A DNA stretch of 64,000 nucleotides. It comes from Novakomyces olei (taxonomy: Eukaryota). This document shows positions 58,953 through 64,000 of the stretch, in pieces (position 1 is the stretch's first letter; each line of letters starts with the position of its first letter). Location of the stretch: assembly GCA_016906335.1 (NCBI GenBank), contig JADEYG010000007.1:186001-250000 (forward strand). The letters are read 5' to 3'. Under the pieces are notes generated by a model, which worked only from the letters and a program-made list of their open reading frames with translations, had not been told where the DNA came from and did not search any database. A program made the translations under genes and the position numbers.

Positions 58953-61049
58953 CTAAACTCGTTCTGTATCCGTAATTTTATAGGGGTCGTAAAGTTCCTT
59001 TTTAACATACTCCAAAAGCTGTACGTCGCTCATGCCTTTGATCTCCTGATTGCGACTTACACCGTCATTTACTGCTGCTTTTGCCACGTACGAAGAGATT
59101 ACGGAGGACAAATCGCGAATTCTACCCAGTTCCGGGTATATAAGCCCCGATTCTTGCTCACTGTCAAGCAACTGCGAAGAAAGAGCTTCCGACGACGCAA
59201 AAATCATGTTCTCTGTGACTACTTTGGCTTTTGAAATAATAGAACCATGGCCCAAACCTGGGAACACGTACATGTTGTTTCCTAGTGTCTGTTAGCATTC
59301 ATAGATTAGTTGTGCGTTCTTTACCCTGGCCAGCACGGTAGGTTTTGCCCTTGTATTCAACATCTGCAAATGGACTTCCGCTAGCAAAAATGACACGCCC
59401 GTCTGTATTCTTTATAGCACTTTCAAATGTACATTCAGATTTAGACGAGGGATTACTGAGCGGAAAAACAATTGGCCGCTTATTTATTTCACTCATTCTA
59501 TGCAGGACTTTATCCGTAAAAGCACCACCCTGTACCCGTTAGCCGCGTAATGTTTGTATTAAAAAATAAAATAAATTTCTGAAACTAAAATTGCATACCA
59601 CCGTCGCCAGCCCCACAAGCGCTGTAGGCTTCACGTAATCAATGATGTCCACTAGTTCTTTGTATTGTTTGCCATTATTGTCCTTGCGAGCAAAATACTG
59701 TTTGTGTTCCGGCAATTCGTCTCCTCGGTCAAATGTTACGAGTCCCTTGCTATCAACAAGCCAAATTTTGGCTCGTGCTTCGTCCTCGCTGATTCCAGAA
59801 TCTCTCATTATCCATTTTGCTAAAAGCTGTCCCACACCAACTGCCGCAGAGCCCGCCCCAAAAAATACAATCCTCTGGTCTGTTGACTCTGCATGTGGCT
59901 GGGCCTTCGACTGTATTTTGACTGCCGTCTGGTAGCCTGATAAAATTACAGAGGCAGTTCCCTGAATATCATCATTGAAACAGCAATATGTCTTCTTGTA
60001 TCGGTCGAGGTAAGCGAAAGCGTTTTCTGTTTCAAAATCTTCAAACTATTTTTGGGTTAGAAAATACAACAAAAGATACCAGCTCACCTGAACAACACAA
60101 CCCGGAAACTTCTGGTGCACGGCAGCCATAAATTCGTCCATAAACTCATGCTGCTGATCAACGGGGATTCGACGTTCTCTCAGCCCGAGATAAAGTTCAT
60201 CTTTCAAATTGTCTTCATTGTTGGTGCCAAAGTCGATAACAACAGGCATTGTTTTATGTGGATAAATCCCAGCACAGGCAACATACAGGCTCAGTTTTCC
60301 CTGCGGGATTCCCATGCCATTCAAGCCCAAGTCCCCCAGACCAAGAATACGACCACCGTCAGTCACCACTATGATGTCAGGCACTTGTGTCCAGTGCTGC
60401 AGAGCTTCGGCCACCCGGCCTTTCGATTTGTATGACAAAAACAAGCCTTCAGGGCTGGTGTATATGTGTGAGAATTTTTGGCAGCCTTCGCCTACTGTTG
60501 GAGTATAAACTAAAGGCGTATATTTCTGACGATAAGCATTTTGTTTCAAAGGGATAAAAATAAAATAATGAATGAATGAATGAATGAATGGCAAAATTAT
60601 TAAAAATCAGAAACATTACCGTAATATCGTTTATCAGTAGTTTGTAAAGTAGGTGAGGGCTACGAATACGCAGTTCAGCCTGTCAGTTAGATTGCTATTC
60701 TCTCAGAGTGTCTTACCAAATACTGAAACTTGGCGAGGTCGGTATCGCGCTCGCTCAACTGCTTTTCAATACGCTTTTTCTGAGTGGCCCAGGCCTCAAC
60801 AGAAGAGGGTAGAAGACCTTCCAAGCCGTAACGTCTGCGTGACGACTCTGAGAAGCTGGAGTCCATATTGTTCCATGTCATTTGTGCCACAGCGCCCTTA
60901 TCGGGTTCATTGGCGTCTCCACAGTTGAAATCGAGCAGATCAGACTGGCTGGAAGTTCCAGCCTCTCGGCTTCCACGAAACGCACGGTTGATATAGGCAA
61001 ACATGGTGCTTTTTGGCCGGAGCAGAGACTTTGAGCGCGCAGCAAGCAT
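58953..61049 (-). CDS. NAD(P)-dependent malic enzyme, probably mitochondrial, 6 exons
   Basis: PLVYTPTVG, VVTDGGRILGLGDLG, Q|FEDF, FNDDIQGT, FFGAGSAAVG, PLSNPSS, ASGSPF, QG|NNMYVFPG; Arg-rich N-terminus. Confidence 0.94.
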
Positions 61050-61352
61050 TTAAAAGAAAGTCAGACAGAATTGAATAATACGCGCGTCATAGATAAGATC
61101 AAGTCTGGAGCATGCGAAGGCAATAAGTTATAGCAAGTAAATTTTTATCTGATCTTACTTGTGGCGAAAGAATTTATTCCCAGGAAACGACAGAAAGGAT
61201 GAGGGTTAGGGTTTATAATAATCAACGGTTTATAATAATCGACTTAGATCAGCTCTAAACATATGACGGAGCCGCTTGGACTCAAACTATCGCATTGACT
61301 TTCAAGAGCAAGATGAGATGAACTAGTGAAATTCTCAGTAATATTATTCACA

Positions 61353-62258
61353 TTATAAGCATAGTAAAGAACCCTGTGAAATCGCATTAATGGCATCGAC
61401 AAACGCTTGTGGAGCTTCTTGCGGAACATTATGCCCAACTCCTGGTAGTACCTTTCGTGAGTATTTCGCCTTGAAGTGCGCCTGAGCCGGATCGGACGAT
61501 TGAAATACATCCACTCCATTATCAAGCCCGTGTAGGTTGATACAGTCCACATTAATGCTCGGTATCTTGGCTATCTCCTGCTCAATATCATCGTAAGCTG
61601 GATCGCCCGGAGCGTTTCCATACCGATGACGGTACGAACTTTCGCAAACACGGGGAAAGTCTGGATTTTTCAATTCATTCGTAGTCTTGGTCAATGCTTC
61701 TTCATTAAACTGCCATAGCGGGGACCATTGATGCCACAGGAAACGGGTGAGGTCGTGAATATTATCTTTGAGGGCAGCGACACCCCGCTCGGTATGAAAA
61801 TAGTATTGATACCATAGTCGTGCTTCTAAAGCTGGGTCCGCTGGCTCGTTTGCTATAGCTATATTTTGTATATTGTAGCCCCCACACGAAACCAAACCAA
61901 TTACGCGCTCAGGCCAAAGAGCAGACACGATGCAAGCAGCACGTCCTCCCCAATCATAGCCCCCGAGTACAGCACGATCGATATGTAAAGCATCCATAAA
62001 AGCCAACAAATCCGCGCCGAGAGCACCTTGCTGTCCGGACCGAGGCGTGCTCTCCTTAAGAAAGCGGGTTGGGCCATACCCGCGGAGATGAGGTATGAGG
62101 CAACGGAAACCTTTTTCGCTTAATTGTGTACTGACACTGTCGTACGCGTGTACACTGTAGGGGAATCCATGCAGCAGAATTACAGGCAAACCGTCTGATT
62201 TTCCCCTTTCCACGTATCCTACCTTGAGCACGCCCGCATCGACCTGTTTGTCCGCCAT
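61353..62258 (-). CDS. Alpha/beta hydrolase of the epoxide-hydrolase type, intronless
   Basis: LLHGFP oxyanion motif, LRGYG, GYDWGG nucleophile elbow (Asp), GHNVPQEAP catalytic His. Confidence 0.88.
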   Translation of the reverse strand: MADKQVDAGVLKVGYVERGKSDGLPVILLHGFPYSVHAYDSVSTQLSEKGFRCLIPHLRGYGPTRFLKESTPRSGQQGALGADLLAFMDALHIDRAVLGGYDWGGRAACIVSALWPERVIGLVSCGGYNIQNIAIANEPADPALEARLWYQYYFHTERGVAALKDNIHDLTRFLWHQWSPLWQFNEEALTKTTNELKNPDFPRVCESSYRHRYGNAPGDPAYDDIEQEIAKIPSINVDCINLHGLDNGVDVFQSSDPAQAHFKAKYSRKVLPGVGHNVPQEAPQAFVDAINAISQGSLLCL

Positions 62259-62943
62259 AGACGGCAGACGGCTCGAAATGTGCAAATCAACTGCTCATCT
62301 TCCCCACAATAACAGATATGACTTGAAATTTTTATTATTATGCTAAATTAAGGCTCAATTAGCGAGTGGAAATGATGTATAGGCATGATAAGAATATGAA
62401 GCAGAATCTGTACTACATTGCAGCTCAATAGTACAGCAACAAGGTTACATGATCTATGGCATACGGCCGCTTTCTACAGGCAAAGGCCTGATCGTCCCAA
62501 CACTAATGTAAGGATCTCTCATTAGAGTCATACCTTTTGTATAGATAATGTAGGAGGTATTATTCCAAGATTGGCCTTGATTGACTTGGGACGGGTCTGA
62601 ACCACTGCAAATTGTATCCGCATATTGTATCCGCATATTGTATTCGCCTACAGCGCGTACATAATCTAATTTATTTCGTCTAGTTGGAAGTAGCATTACC
62701 GTCACCCGTCTATATAATATTCTATGGAAGGCAAAAGGCCACCTTCGCCATTGACAACTTTCATTCAGAGTCCATAATTCCAGGATTTCACATCGTCCGC
62801 CTCATAAATATGCCCAAATAACTTTATAATATTGTGTTAATTTGTGGATTATAGTCGTCTGCTAATTAACATATAAGCCAAGTTGGGCCTTTATAAATAG
62901 CACAGGTGCGCCCTTTAAGGGCCAGAACGCGAATGATTCTAAT

Positions 62944-64000
62944 ATGGAAGATGCCGTTGTCCAGAGCATATTAGATCTTGAACCAGAAGGCCCTAAAATC
63001 ACACCCATCAAGGCTGATGAAGGGGCTGATCCATTGGCTCCAATTGCCTATCCTACACAATATGTCGCAGCATCAGACGTTTTCCGGGGAATGATCAAGC
63101 AAGGCGAGTTCTCCAAGAGAGCCATGGAGCTTTGCAACTTAATTCTCAAATACAATCCAGCACACTACACTGCGTGGTAGGTTCGTTTTCACGCTTTTTG
63201 TTAAATAATTAGGGACTATCGTGCAAAGTGCGTGCAAAAGCTAAGAATCGATCCGCAAGACGAATTGCTATGGGCCCAAGCTATCGCGGAAAGGTCGCCC
63301 AAAAACTTTCAAATATGGCGCTATCGTCAAGTCATGCTGGAAGAATTAGGACCAACTGCAAATGTGTCTGCAGAGTTGGATTTCATTGGCGAGATGCTGG
63401 ATGATGATGCCAAAAACTATCACGTTTGGTCGCACAGGTATTGTATACTTGATGTCCCTAGGCTAATAAACAGGCAGTGGGTTTGCCAACGCTTTGAAAA
63501 ATGGGACCAGGAATTGGCATTTGTTGATCGGTTACTGGACGAGGATGTTTTTAATAATTCAGCTTACAGTCATCGCTGGCTCGTGCAAGTGGCTCGCAAA
63601 TTGGATAAACAAAACAAAGACAGTCAAAGTGCTGAAGTGTTTGATTTAGCCCAAGAAGTCGCTTTCGCTGTTCGTCGTATCAACAGTAAAGTAGACAATG
63701 AGGCGGCATGGAATTATCTAGTAGGGTATACATTTAGAAAGGATACAAAGAATACCGACTAATTCAGGTTTAGTCTTTCCCGGTTAAATGATGAAGCCAG
63801 CGAGAAAGTGGCAGAGGTCGCACGGTATTTTACAAGGAGCGTACCTGATTCTATGCACGCTTGGGACGCGCTCGCGCAAGTCGCAAATGGAAAAATTGAC
63901 GCCAAAGAACTTGAACATGTAAGCCAAAACGAATTTCATTATATTTGAAAACTAATTCAAAGGCATACACTAAACTTGTGGAAAAAGATTCCTTGCGAAA
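62944..64000 (+). CDS. RAM2: Protein farnesyltransferase/GGTase-I alpha subunit, truncated by the window end; at least 5 exons
   Basis: PPTA repeats NPAHYTAW|DYR, PKNFQIWRYR, DAKNYHVWSHR|QW, DVFNNSAYSHR, NEAAWNYL. Confidence 0.92.

Noticed and set aside
1-64000. Alternative genetic code or stop-codon readthrough
   Set aside because: Every apparent interruption in conserved genes is explained by a short intron; sense-codon reassignment cannot be tested without alignments.

Overview
Gene-dense fungal nuclear DNA. Very short GT-AG introns (mostly 33-50 nt, CTAAC/CTRAY branch point close to the acceptor) and the protein sequences suggest an early-diverging ascomycete (Taphrinomycotina-like; this is inference). 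About 30 mostly housekeeping genes could be reconstructed by hand: DnaJ-X, Pol delta catalytic subunit, DHHC palmitoyltransferase, SER1, a Zn2Cys6 factor, B-cyclin, Ras-GEF, RNase H1, TFIIIC tau138, SLC35 transporter, PRMT3, Sac phosphatase, bS16m, RLP24, CDC123, COQ3, COQ4, Mpv17, bL17m, CAB4, TIM22, APC11, RNA15/CstF64, GRX3/4, malic enzyme, an alpha/beta hydrolase and the FTase alpha subunit. No tRNA, rRNA, transposon or CRISPR array was recognised. Strongest novelties: (1) a 167-nt intervening sequence in the monothiol glutaredoxin gene made of four complete minimal introns back to back with zero-length exons (AG|GT junctions), a recursive-splicing architecture; (2) a nuclear, mitochondrion-targeted ORF containing a bacterial RnpA-like RNase P protein domain; (3) a recurrent telomere-like intergenic element with 10-bp periodicity (AACCCTAACTAACCCTA). 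Also noted: a head-to-head COQ3-COQ4 pair, two GC-AG introns, and a bacterial-looking hydrolase. All calls come from reading the sequence; no database searches were run.
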